A model generated the notes under the pieces. That model made no database searches and had not been told where the DNA came from. It saw only the letters and a program-made list of their open reading frames with translations. From positions 128,001 through 192,000 of the forward strand of contig JAXGPF010000011.1 of the NCBI GenBank assembly GCA_040767085.1: a stretch of 64,000 nucleotides of DNA, given 5' to 3'. Below, one piece after another: positions 1 to 8,660 of this stretch. The translations under genes and the position numbers were made by a program. This DNA is from Kiritimatiellia bacterium (GTDB lineage: Bacteria; Verrucomicrobiota; Kiritimatiellia; JAAZAB01). The number at the start of each line of letters is the position of its first letter. Position 1 is the stretch's first letter.

Positions 1-1352
1 AGCACCCGGTATTGCAGGAGGACTTCCAGCGGACAGTTTTCCAGCACCACATCGAAGCAATCGCCGAACCGGCTGGCGGCCAACACCCCTTTTTCCAGCG
101 GACGCCAATCCGCGCCCGGCGCCGCGGCATTTTCCGCAGCCACCCGGCGCCGGATATGTTCCGCGTCGTCAAGATTCCCGGCAAAGCAACAATTGTCCTC
201 CTGCCCCGGAAACAGGAAGTTGAACAGATCGTCAATCATCAAGTCGCCGGGGCCGTATTCAAGGCAGCCGCCCCAAATGCGGTGATCGCGCGGGTCCCAG
301 CCGTGGTCATGCTCCAACATGATGGCGCAAGGCGTCAGCGGCGAGCCGCGATCGGGATGCCTGGCCAAAGCATGCTTTCCGAACATCTGCGCTTTACGTC
401 CGAACTCGGAAAGCTCCCAACCGCCGGACGGGGTTTTAATCCAGCAACTCGACGCGGTGGATTCCAGGTGCAGATAATTTGCGCCGGCATAGAAGTAAGC
501 AATGATTTCTCTCAACACCAGGCTGTCGCTGATCCCGCTGATTTGCCGGCCGTCGCGGTCATAAAAACACGCGCCATCCATGCATCCGCCCCAACCGGAA
601 ATATCCATACCCCAATAAGCGCCATATTGCCGGGCGGCGCCGCGCATGAAGGCCGCGGCAATCTGGCCGCTGCCCAACGTGCCGGTGCGTTCGCACCATA
701 CCAGGCGCGCGCCCCATTCGTACGGATAATGCGTCGAAAAACACCGTGAAACCTGGATGGCGATGTTATCCCTGGCAAAATCCACGCGATACCGGTCGCG
801 CATCATGATGAAATCGGCCATCTTCCGGTTGGTATTCGGATACCGGGCCGGATCGTTTTCAAAATAACATTGCCGGTAGTATTCATAAGCTTCCCGCTTG
901 CTGTTGAATAACCGCGCCGGCCATACCACGCCGCCGTCCTGTTCGCCGCAGATACACCACCAGACTCGCTCGCCGTCGCGCGCCATATAACGCCTGAGCA
1001 AGGCGACACGGCGGTCCAGATATTCCTGGTAGGGCTCGTCCGGATAAAGTTTGGCGACATTTTTCTGCTGATCGGACAACAGCCAGAAATCCACCATGGC
1101 TAGATGCCTGGCCGTATCGGCCCGCGCCATCCGCCGTTCATCGGGGTTGGTCCAGATGCGCACGCCGTTGCAGGGGATGGCCGCCCGGGTTTGTTCAATG
1201 CTTGTGTATTCAATGCCGGTGGCCGTCGGCGAAGGGAAAGCATCCTGCCCGCCCAATGCCTCGCCCTGGTCGAATTCCACGGAAAAAACAAAGGCTTCGC
1301 GGTTCATTTTAACCGGGAGATATGCAGCGGTTTCATTACCGGGCCGGATCAT
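1..1352 (-). CDS. Hypothetical protein, runs off left edge (possibly glycoside-hydrolase-like)
   Basis: Read manually: ATG at 1352 with AAGGAG RBS; open frame MIRPGNETAYLPVKMNREAFVFSVEFD...RGAARQYGAYWGMDISGW...; absent from the ORF track, consistent with no stop in the window. Confidence 0.75.
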   Translation of the reverse strand, partial: MIRPGNETAAYLPVKMNREAFVFSVEFDQGEALGGQDAFPSPTATGIEYTSIEQTRAAIPCNGVRIWTNPDERRMARADTARHLAMVDFWLLSDQQKNVAKLYPDEPYQEYLDRRVALLRRYMARDGERVWWCICGEQDGGVVWPARLFNSKREAYEYYRQCYFENDPARYPNTNRKMADFIMMRDRYRVDFARDNIAIQVSRCFSTHYPYEWGARLVWCERTGTLGSGQIAAAFMRGAARQYGAYWGMDISGWGGCMDGACFYDRDGRQISGISDSLVLREIIAYFYAGANYLHLESTASSCWIKTPSGGWELSEFGRKAQMFGKHALARHPDRGSPLTPCAIMLEHDHGWDPRDHRIWGGCLEYGPGDLMIDDLFNFLFPGQEDNCCFAGNLDDAEHIRRRVAAENAAAPGADWRPLEKGVLAASRFGDCFDVVLENCPLEVLLQYRV

Positions 1353-1636
1353 GTTATTTCTCCTTGATTGCACAATATCGCCCTGACTGCAGCCACCCTT
1401 GTCGGGGTATCCAAAAACCGCATACGTTTACGCTGTCAGACTTTCCGCTTGGCGCGGAGGTCATGATCCGGCGATGCTGAAATTCTAACATTGCCGTCAA
1501 GACTTGCCCCGCCCTGTTGCTCGTCAACGCCGACTGTAATACCGAGCGGCGTTCGGCATCCCGGTTTACCGCCGCGTAAAGGCCGACCCTGGCGCGGCGC
1601 CTTCCGGCCGGGAGCAGCAACTGGAGCAGCAAACGC

Positions 1637-1666
1637 TTGACAAATGGCGCATAAATAACCTATGTT
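1637..1666 (+). promoter_or_regulatory. Putative sigma70 promoter
   Basis: TTGACA-18 nt-TATGTT upstream of the small basic ORF and CsgG-like gene. Confidence 0.4.
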
Positions 1667-1745
1667 TAACGCCGCTTGCGCCAGACGGCCATCCGCCGCC
1701 GGCGCGGCTCAACCGCAGTTCAACTTATTGGTTACCGGGAACATT

Positions 1746-1850
1746 ATGGGACAGCAACTCCGCAAGCGCGTCAAACGCCAACGCCGCAAAAATTGGATTG
1801 AGCGCAAAAAACACGCCGCCAAGCCCGCCGCGCCGCAGAAACCCGCCTGA
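1746..1850 (+). CDS. Small very basic protein (34 aa)
   Basis: MGQQLRKRVKRQRRKNWIERKKHAAKPAAPQKPA, downstream of a promoter and just upstream of the next gene. Confidence 0.6.
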   Translation: MGQQLRKRVKRQRRKNWIERKKHAAKPAAPQKPA

Positions 1851-1872
1851 ACCGGCCGGCGCCGATGATGCC

Positions 1873-2832
1873 ATGAAATTTTCCGGCCAGACTGCCGCCG
1901 GACAAATCTGGCAGGGGCTGGCGCTGGCCTGCCTGCTGCTCGCCGGGTGCCGCACGCCTTCCGCCAGACTGCCACTGCTGCCGCCCAATGCCATCAAGCC
2001 GGTGGTGGCGGTCTCCCTGTTCGAAAATGAAACCGGGTTCGCCGGCCAATGGAAACTGGGGCGCGGGATTCCCGACCTGCTGGTGGCGGAATTGCTGGCC
2101 ACGGGGTACGTGGAAGTGGTGGACCGGCAGCACATCAGCGCCGTGGTCAACGAAATCAAGCGCCAGGGCCAGGACCTCTTCCGCAAGGAAAATGTCGTCG
2201 CGCGCGGCCGGCTGAAAAACGCCCGCTACCTGGTGCGCGGCGCGATCACCGATTTCACCCAGACCGGCAGCGCTTCCGGCTGGTTCCGCACTTCACAGGT
2301 CAGCGGCGGCGTGAGCGGCGCGCGCGCCGTGGTTATGGTCAGCATCACCCTGATTGACATCGAGACTGGCGAAATTCTCAAATCCATTTCCGCCGGCGGC
2401 ACGGCGCGGGCCTCCGGCCAGTGGGCCAAGTTCGATTACCGCGGCGTCGCCTTCGGGGGCGAGGCTTTCTTCCGGACTCCCATCGGCGCGGCAACGCGCG
2501 AGGCGATCAACAAGGCGGTGGTGGAAATCGTCCAGGCGATCCCAATATCCACCTGGCAGCCGCGCATTGCGGATGCCACGGCGGAACTGGCCATCATCAA
2601 CGGCGGCGCCAACATGGGCGTGAACATCGGCGACATTTTCCTTGCCCGCACCGCCGGGCGCCCGATCGCGGACCCGGAAACCGGCAACATCATCGGGCAT
2701 CATCCCGGCGCGAACACCGGCCGGCTGCAGGTCATCCGCGTCACCCCGACGGCCGCCGAGGCCCTGGTGATCGAAGGCCGGCCCCTCCCGGGCCATTACC
2801 TTGAGAAAATAGCCACGCCGCCGGCCAGGTAA
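1873..2832 (+). CDS. CsgG/HfaB-family lipoprotein with FlgT-like C-terminal domain
   Basis: Lipobox LLAGC; VAVSLFEN, VEVVDRQ, YLVRGAITDF, LIDIETGEI motifs; C-terminal INGGANMGV...DPETG. Confidence 0.8.
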   Translation: MKFSGQTAAGQIWQGLALACLLLAGCRTPSARLPLLPPNAIKPVVAVSLFENETGFAGQWKLGRGIPDLLVAELLATGYVEVVDRQHISAVVNEIKRQGQDLFRKENVVARGRLKNARYLVRGAITDFTQTGSASGWFRTSQVSGGVSGARAVVMVSITLIDIETGEILKSISAGGTARASGQWAKFDYRGVAFGGEAFFRTPIGAATREAINKAVVEIVQAIPISTWQPRIADATAELAIINGGANMGVNIGDIFLARTAGRPIADPETGNIIGHHPGANTGRLQVIRVTPTAAEALVIEGRPLPGHYLEKIATPPAR

Positions 2833-3431
2833 ACTGTCCGCCAGCCATGCCGCCCGGCAAGCCACTCCATGGTTGCCCGCCGGTAAAAACACAGGTGGGT
2901 AAAATCGCGCCGGTAGGACCAGGTCTGAAAATTCCGGCCTCCCTCCAGCCATTCGGTCAGCACGCCCAACATGCCGCCTGCCTTCAGCATCCCGGCCAGG
3001 CGCGCAAATTCCTCGCCCGGCCGCCGGAAATGCTCGACTACCTCCGTGCAAGTAATGAAATCATAAACGCGGCCCAGCGGCGTCGGATCGGGCTGGAAGA
3101 AAGGATCATAGCCGGCGGTGCGGAAACCGCGCCGTTCCAGCAATTGCGCCAGCACCGGCTGCGGCCCGCAGCCGTAATCCAACCCGGCCGCCCCGGCGGG
3201 GAGCAGCGGCGCCAGCACATCCAGCAGCCGGTTCAGATGCCGGCAATAGCCGGCATCCTCGATGGAATTCCGGTGCAGACGGTACCGCTCGCATTCGCGT
3301 TGTGGATCGGGATGCCAGGCCGGGGCGAGAAAAACCAGGCGGCAAACGCCGCAGTCGAAATATGCGCCATCCCGCGCGTCCCGATAGTATTCCCGCGCAT
3401 CCGCCGCGCCGCATAGTGGACATGCGCTCAT
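2796..3431 (-). CDS. Class I SAM-dependent methyltransferase with N-terminal Zn ribbon
   Basis: CPLC...CGVC, GLDYGCGP, YDPFF, CTEVVEHF; start taken at MSACP. Confidence 0.85.
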   Translation of the reverse strand: MSACPLCGAADAREYYRDARDGAYFDCGVCRLVFLAPAWHPDPQRECERYRLHRNSIEDAGYCRHLNRLLDVLAPLLPAGAAGLDYGCGPQPVLAQLLERRGFRTAGYDPFFQPDPTPLGRVYDFITCTEVVEHFRRPGEEFARLAGMLKAGGMLGVLTEWLEGGRNFQTWSYRRDFTHLCFYRRATMEWLAGRHGWRTVYLAGGVAIFSR

Positions 3432-3597
3432 GTCCAAAATGGTAGCATGGGCGATTGCACCCTGCCACCAAATTAAAATATTCCAGAGCGGCGCGGGTGG
3501 AATCCCGCCCTCCCTGGAATCTTGCGGAACACATGCCGCCGGGCGCTTGCATTTCCTTGCATGCCAGGTATAATGCAAGCACAAGGAGGATTAAATC

Positions 3598-4173
3598 ATG
3601 CAAGACAAGAAAAAATCGCTTGGCCCTGAAATCAGCCTGCTGGCGCCAGTCTGGGTCATCGGCTCGTACGACCAGGCCGGCAAGCCGGACATGATGGCTG
3701 CCGCCTGGGGCGGCGTTTGCTGTTCCCAGCCGCCCTGTGTGACGGTTTCACTCAGGAAGGCAACTTACAGTTACCATAACATCATGCAGCGCAAAGCCTT
3801 TACGGTCAATGTTCCCGGCCGGCAATACATCAGGGAAACCGATTATTTTGGCATCGCCTCCGGCAGGGATGCGGATAAACTGGCCGTCGCCGGCCTGACG
3901 CCCGTCAAGGGCGACCATGTGGATGCCCCATATCTGAAAGAATTCCCCATGGCCGTGGAATGCAAGTTGCTCCAGCATGTTGAATTGGGCATGCATACCA
4001 TGTTTATCGGCGAAATCATGGACGTCAAGGCGGAAGAGGACTGTGTCGCCAGCAAGGATGCCCTGCCCGGCATGGTGATTTTCGACCCCCTGCGCCGCTG
4101 CTATTACGGCATGGGCAACAACCTGGGAAAAGCCTTCTCAATCGGCCAGGAACTGGCTGGCAAGCCGCGGTAA
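3598..4173 (+). CDS. Flavin reductase family protein (flavoredoxin-like)
   Basis: AAWGGVCCSQPP, FTVNVP, HTMFIGEI; AAGGAGG RBS; TTGCAT-16-TATAAT at 3547-3574. Confidence 0.9.
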   Translation: MQDKKKSLGPEISLLAPVWVIGSYDQAGKPDMMAAAWGGVCCSQPPCVTVSLRKATYSYHNIMQRKAFTVNVPGRQYIRETDYFGIASGRDADKLAVAGLTPVKGDHVDAPYLKEFPMAVECKLLQHVELGMHTMFIGEIMDVKAEEDCVASKDALPGMVIFDPLRRCYYGMGNNLGKAFSIGQELAGKPR

Positions 4174-4195
4174 TTTTACCGGCACGCCGCAGGAT

Positions 4196-6445
4196 TTACT
4201 CAGCGCTGTTTTTCAGTCGCCCGGAGATGGCATTCCGCCAGGCCGCGCTTAGCTCTGCCAGCGGCAGGTCTATGACCGCCCGGCCGCTGCCGCGCACGAT
4301 GAACTTGTCGCCGCCGACCTGCCCCAGCCTGACGCAAGGCGCCTTGAATTTCTGCGCCAACTTGTCCAGTTCCGGCAACTTATCCGGAGCCAGCGACACC
4401 ACAATCCGCGATGGCGCTTCGCCAAACAGAATTTCATCCAGCCGGATGCCGCCGGCCTGCAATCCGTCCAGACCGATTTCCGCGCCCAGCATATGGCCGG
4501 CGCGCGAAATGGCGGATTCCGCGAGCGCCACCGCCAGCCCGCCTTCGGAACAGTCGTGGGCGGAATGCACCAGACCGGCGGCGATGGCCGCCAGCGCGGC
4601 TTGCTGCACGGCCTTTTCCGCGGCCAGGTCAATTTGGGGATTGCCCTGCTTCCGGCCGTGCACCAGCCATAAATACTCGCTGCCGGACAGGTCGGGCCGG
4701 CAGGCGCCCAGCAAGACGATGGCATCCCCCGCGCGTTTGAATTCCTGGGTGACATGCTTGGCGACATCGTCAATTAACCCCACCATCCCCACCAGCGGCG
4801 TGGGATCTATCGCGCCCTTGGGATTTTCGTTGTAAAAACTTACATTGCCGCTGACCACCGGCGTGTCCAGCGCCCGGCAGGCTTCCGCCAGGCCTTCTAT
4901 GCACTTGGCGAATTGCCAATAGTTTTCCGGCTTCATCGGGTTGCCGAAATTCAGCCCATCGGTGATGGCCAGCGGCTTGCCGCCGCTGCACACAATGTTT
5001 CGCGCCGCTTCCGCCACCGCCATCATCGCGCCCTGGTAGGGATTCAGATAGCAATACCGGCCATTGCAATCCACGCTGATCGCCAGAGCCTTTTTGGCGC
5101 CCGGCACCTTGACCACCGCCGCGTCGGAGCCCGGCCCCGCCGCCACCAGGTCCCCATCCTGGAAGGTAAACGCCCGGGCGGCGGATTCCTTGCTGGCAAT
5201 CGTCGGCGAATCCAACAATTGCAGCAGCGCCTGGTTGAAATCACCGGGCTCCGGCAGGGCGGCGCGATCCAGCTTTTGCGCTTCCCGCAGGTAGGAGGGC
5301 TCCCGGGTTTCCCGGTCGTATAACGGGGCATGTTCGGTCAGGGCCGCCGGCGGAATTTCGCAGACGGTCTGCCCCTGGTCGAGCACCCGCATCAGCCCAT
5401 CGCCGGTTACCCGGCCGATTTTCACCGCATTGACTTTCCAGCGGCGGAGAATCTCCAAGGCGGCGGCTTCGTTTTCCCGGTTCAGGATCGCCAGCATGCG
5501 CTCCTGGGACTCGGACAGCAGCACCTCGTAGGGCGTCATGCCTTCCTCGCTGCGCGGCACCAGCGCCACGTCAATCTCAATGCCGGCGCCGCTGCGGGAG
5601 GCCGTCTCGCAGGTGGAGCACGTCAGACCGGCGGCGCCCATGTCCTGCATGCCGACAATCAGCCGCTTTTCGATCAATTCCAGGCAAGCTTCGCGCAGGC
5701 GCAGTCCCAGTTCCGGATCGCCAATCGCCACGGCGCCTTTGTCCGCACCGGAGTCCTCGGTGATTTCCTTGGAGGCGAAGCTGGCCCCGCCCACGCCGTC
5801 GCGGCCGGTATCCTTGCCGATGTAGTAAACGGCATTGCCCGCGCCGGTGGCGGCGCCTTTGACGATATTTTCATGCCGGACGATGCCGACCACAAAGGCA
5901 TTCACCAGCGGATTGCCCTCGTAACTTTCATCGAAACAGGTTTCCCCGCCGACTGCGCTGATCCTGGCTTTGTTGGCGTAATGCGCCAGCCCGCGGATGA
6001 CTTCCTTGTACAGCCATTGCACCTTGGAATTTTCCAGGCGCCCGAAACGCAGGGCCGCCAGGGCGGCCACCGGCCGCGCGCCCATGGTAAAAATGTCCCG
6101 CAGGCAGCCGCCCAGCCCGGTAGCCGAAGCTTCAAACGGCTGGACCGCCGATGGATGGTTGTGCGATTCCATCTTGAAGGCCACACCCCAGCCGTCGCCG
6201 ATATCCACCACCCCGGAATTTTCCTCGCCGGCGCCCACCAGCACCTGCGGGCCCTTGGTAGGAAACAGCTTGAACAGCTTGCGTGAATTTTTGTAGCTGC
6301 AATGTTCCGACCACATGGCGGAAAACACGCCCAATTCCGTGAAGTTCGGCGCCCGCCCCAGCAATTCCAGAATCCGCTTGAACTCTAATTCCGTCAAACC
6401 TAATTTTTCCGCCAAGGCTGCGTCAACTTTAACTTCCGTGCCCAT
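4196..6445 (-). CDS. purL: Phosphoribosylformylglycinamidine synthase subunit PurL
   Basis: MWSEHCSYK, KMESHNHPS, QDMGAAGL, SESQERM, SGNVSFYN, HDCSEGGL; start at MGTEV with GGGAG RBS. Confidence 0.97.
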   Translation of the reverse strand: MGTEVKVDAALAEKLGLTELEFKRILELLGRAPNFTELGVFSAMWSEHCSYKNSRKLFKLFPTKGPQVLVGAGEENSGVVDIGDGWGVAFKMESHNHPSAVQPFEASATGLGGCLRDIFTMGARPVAALAALRFGRLENSKVQWLYKEVIRGLAHYANKARISAVGGETCFDESYEGNPLVNAFVVGIVRHENIVKGAATGAGNAVYYIGKDTGRDGVGGASFASKEITEDSGADKGAVAIGDPELGLRLREACLELIEKRLIVGMQDMGAAGLTCSTCETASRSGAGIEIDVALVPRSEEGMTPYEVLLSESQERMLAILNRENEAAALEILRRWKVNAVKIGRVTGDGLMRVLDQGQTVCEIPPAALTEHAPLYDRETREPSYLREAQKLDRAALPEPGDFNQALLQLLDSPTIASKESAARAFTFQDGDLVAAGPGSDAAVVKVPGAKKALAISVDCNGRYCYLNPYQGAMMAVAEAARNIVCSGGKPLAITDGLNFGNPMKPENYWQFAKCIEGLAEACRALDTPVVSGNVSFYNENPKGAIDPTPLVGMVGLIDDVAKHVTQEFKRAGDAIVLLGACRPDLSGSEYLWLVHGRKQGNPQIDLAAEKAVQQAALAAIAAGLVHSAHDCSEGGLAVALAESAISRAGHMLGAEIGLDGLQAGGIRLDEILFGEAPSRIVVSLAPDKLPELDKLAQKFKAPCVRLGQVGGDKFIVRGSGRAVIDLPLAELSAAWRNAISGRLKNSAE

Positions 6446-6578
6446 GATTTGCTCCCTGTTTGGCCGCCCCGTGCGAATGTCATCCGCCCGCCGGCAGAGT
6501 GCCGGGATGGAGCAGCTTCGAGGGGAAATTAAAATATAAAGCGCAGCGGAATGAAAGGAAAAAACGCGGAGGGCTGGT

Positions 6579-6770
6579 TGACGCAGGGCTGCGTCATTCT
6601 CGGCGGCTCGCTCCCGCACCATGCGCGCCGTTCCGGAGGTAGGGCGCGCAGTCCCTTGCGCGCCGTTCCTTATTGTAGTAGCGCCACGGTGTGGCGCATC
6701 CGGATTCGGCCCTGTAGCAGCATCACGGCTTGCCCTGCGTAGTCTGGCGGAGCAGGGCGTGGCGCTCTCC
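6579..6770 (+). repeat. Cluster of GTAG-type REP hairpins
   Basis: GGCTGCGTCATTCT at 6587-6600, GTAG-GGCGCGCA/TGCGCGCC, GTAG-CGCCAC/GTGGCG and further GTAG units. Confidence 0.6.
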
Positions 6771-6787
6771 GGCGGGCGTGCCGCGCC

Positions 6788-8656
6788 CTAGCCTGCCGCC
6801 GGCGGGCGGCGATCTTCCGCGGCGATGGCCGCAAGTATATCCGCCTCCGTTAACGGATAAAAACGGAAGGCAAACGGCGAATAGCGCGCGCGGTACCAAT
6901 CCAGGGCTTCCCGCAGCAGCACCCGCCGGCGCACCGGGTTGATCCCGCAGCGGCGGTACATCTCCGCCAGCAGGTAATGGGCGTACGGATCGTCAGCCTT
7001 CAGCTTTTCGCCGAGTTCCCAGGCGCGGTTGGCCGCGGCGACGTCGCCGCCCTGGAATCGTTCCGCGCCCAGCCGGGCATAATGACAGGCATAAGCGGCC
7101 TGCACGCGGCGCGTATCGGGATCGTGCGCGGCGCCCGGCGCCGGCGGATGCAGCGCCGTCTCATTCAGCAGCAGCCCGGCCGGCAGGTTGTCCGCCGGTC
7201 TGGCCAGCCGATATACCAGCCCCCAGGGGACCGCCACCGTATCCCGCAGGAATGGGTAATATTGCTCCAGCGCGGGGATCGGCGGGAGATCGCATATCAT
7301 GGCGCTTAAAGGCTGATCCCGATGGGCGCTGAAAGGCGTCGCGACGAATTGCACGTCCGGCCGGACGTTTTCCACCGCCTGCAAATACAGGCAGGGAAAC
7401 AGAAACTCGTCCTGCACAAAAAACAATCCCGCATCTGCCGGGACCGCGGCCATAATGTCCATGGCGAAACTGCGCGCCAGCGTATCCCGCGACCGGTCGT
7501 TTTCCGACCAGTTCGCCGCCAGGATCAGCAGCGGCGCCAGCCCGCAAGCCGCCGCCGCCCAGCGCCGCGCTGTCAATCCGCGCCGGCGCCGGCGGACCAG
7601 CGCCAGGAAACGCCGCACTGCCGGCCCCAGCCAGAGCGCGAGCATCATTTGCGCCGGTATGTAAAACACGCGCCGGGTGTAAATCTCATCCGGCGCGGCG
7701 GCGCCCCGCAGCATCAGATTCAAAACAATGATATTCAACAACACCACCGCCAGGGTCATCCCGGCCAGGTCGCCCCGGCGCCGCGTCCAGACCGCCCACC
7801 CGCCGAGCGCGATGATCGCCGCCGGCCAGGTCGCCGACTTCCCCACCGCGCGGGCGCCAGCAGCCATGTATTGCGCCGCATCGCGCCAATCGCCGGCATA
7901 GCGGACGCGTTCGGGCTCGGTGTAATAAGCCCGGCGCAGCGCGTGGTTGACGGCGGCGCGCAAGGTGACGGGATTGCCCCAGTTGACCGGCGGTTGCGCC
8001 CGCGCGCGCCAGGGCAAATACGCGTAAACCGACAAGCCGGCCAGGCCCAGCGCCATGCATGCGGCCAGCACGCGCGGCCGCAGCAGCATCCGCCAATGCC
8101 GCCAGGCCGCCCACACCCCGGGCGCCAGGACGGCCAGGGCGAACGTCGAATGGTTGGCCAGGCCCAGCCCGCCCGTCAGGGCCAATCCGTAAAGCCACCC
8201 ACGGGCGCCAGACTGCCGCCAGCGCACGGCACAATAGAGCGCGCACCCGCAGAGCAGCGCATTCAACGTGTAAACCTCGGCGATCAAGGCTTGCGACCAG
8301 AAAATTCCTGAAAACGCCAGGGCCAGCAGCGCGGCCACGGACGCCGGCCGCGACCGGGTCAGCCGCCAGGCCGTCAGGTAAAGCATCCAGGCTGCCGCCG
8401 CCGCGCAGACGGCGGAAAACAAGTTGACGCGCCACGCCACCGTTCCCAGCGGCAGCCATGTAAACCCATGGGCCAACAGGCACCACAAGGGATATCCAGG
8501 CGGATGCGCGACGCCCAGGGTATGGGCCGCGGCGATAAAACTGCCGGAATCTTCCAGCGTCACGGACGGCGCCAGGGTGCGCCAGTAAACCGCCAGCGCC
8601 AGAACCGCCGCCAGCGAGCAGGGGTAAGTCCTATATTTTAATAATCGCCGCGTCAT
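6788..8656 (-). CDS. DUF2723 / TMEM260-like GT-C membrane glycosyltransferase with C-terminal TPR-like region
   Basis: TLAPSVTLEDSG...LGVAHPPGYPLW, FWSQALIAEVYTL, YLPWRA..PPVNWG; many TM segments. Confidence 0.85.
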   Translation of the reverse strand: MTRRLLKYRTYPCSLAAVLALAVYWRTLAPSVTLEDSGSFIAAAHTLGVAHPPGYPLWCLLAHGFTWLPLGTVAWRVNLFSAVCAAAAAWMLYLTAWRLTRSRPASVAALLALAFSGIFWSQALIAEVYTLNALLCGCALYCAVRWRQSGARGWLYGLALTGGLGLANHSTFALAVLAPGVWAAWRHWRMLLRPRVLAACMALGLAGLSVYAYLPWRARAQPPVNWGNPVTLRAAVNHALRRAYYTEPERVRYAGDWRDAAQYMAAGARAVGKSATWPAAIIALGGWAVWTRRRGDLAGMTLAVVLLNIIVLNLMLRGAAAPDEIYTRRVFYIPAQMMLALWLGPAVRRFLALVRRRRRGLTARRWAAAACGLAPLLILAANWSENDRSRDTLARSFAMDIMAAVPADAGLFFVQDEFLFPCLYLQAVENVRPDVQFVATPFSAHRDQPLSAMICDLPPIPALEQYYPFLRDTVAVPWGLVYRLARPADNLPAGLLLNETALHPPAPGAAHDPDTRRVQAAYACHYARLGAERFQGGDVAAANRAWELGEKLKADDPYAHYLLAEMYRRCGINPVRRRVLLREALDWYRARYSPFAFRFYPLTEADILAAIAAEDRRPPAAG

Positions 8657-8660
8657 GCCA

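Noticed and set aside
12-749. Plus-strand 245-aa ORF and similar long shadow ORFs across the window
   Set aside because: Antisense shadows of real genes in high-GC DNA, without motifs or RBS.
6446-6787. ZTP or purine riboswitch before purL
   Set aside because: Consensus elements not found; hairpins are REP-type.
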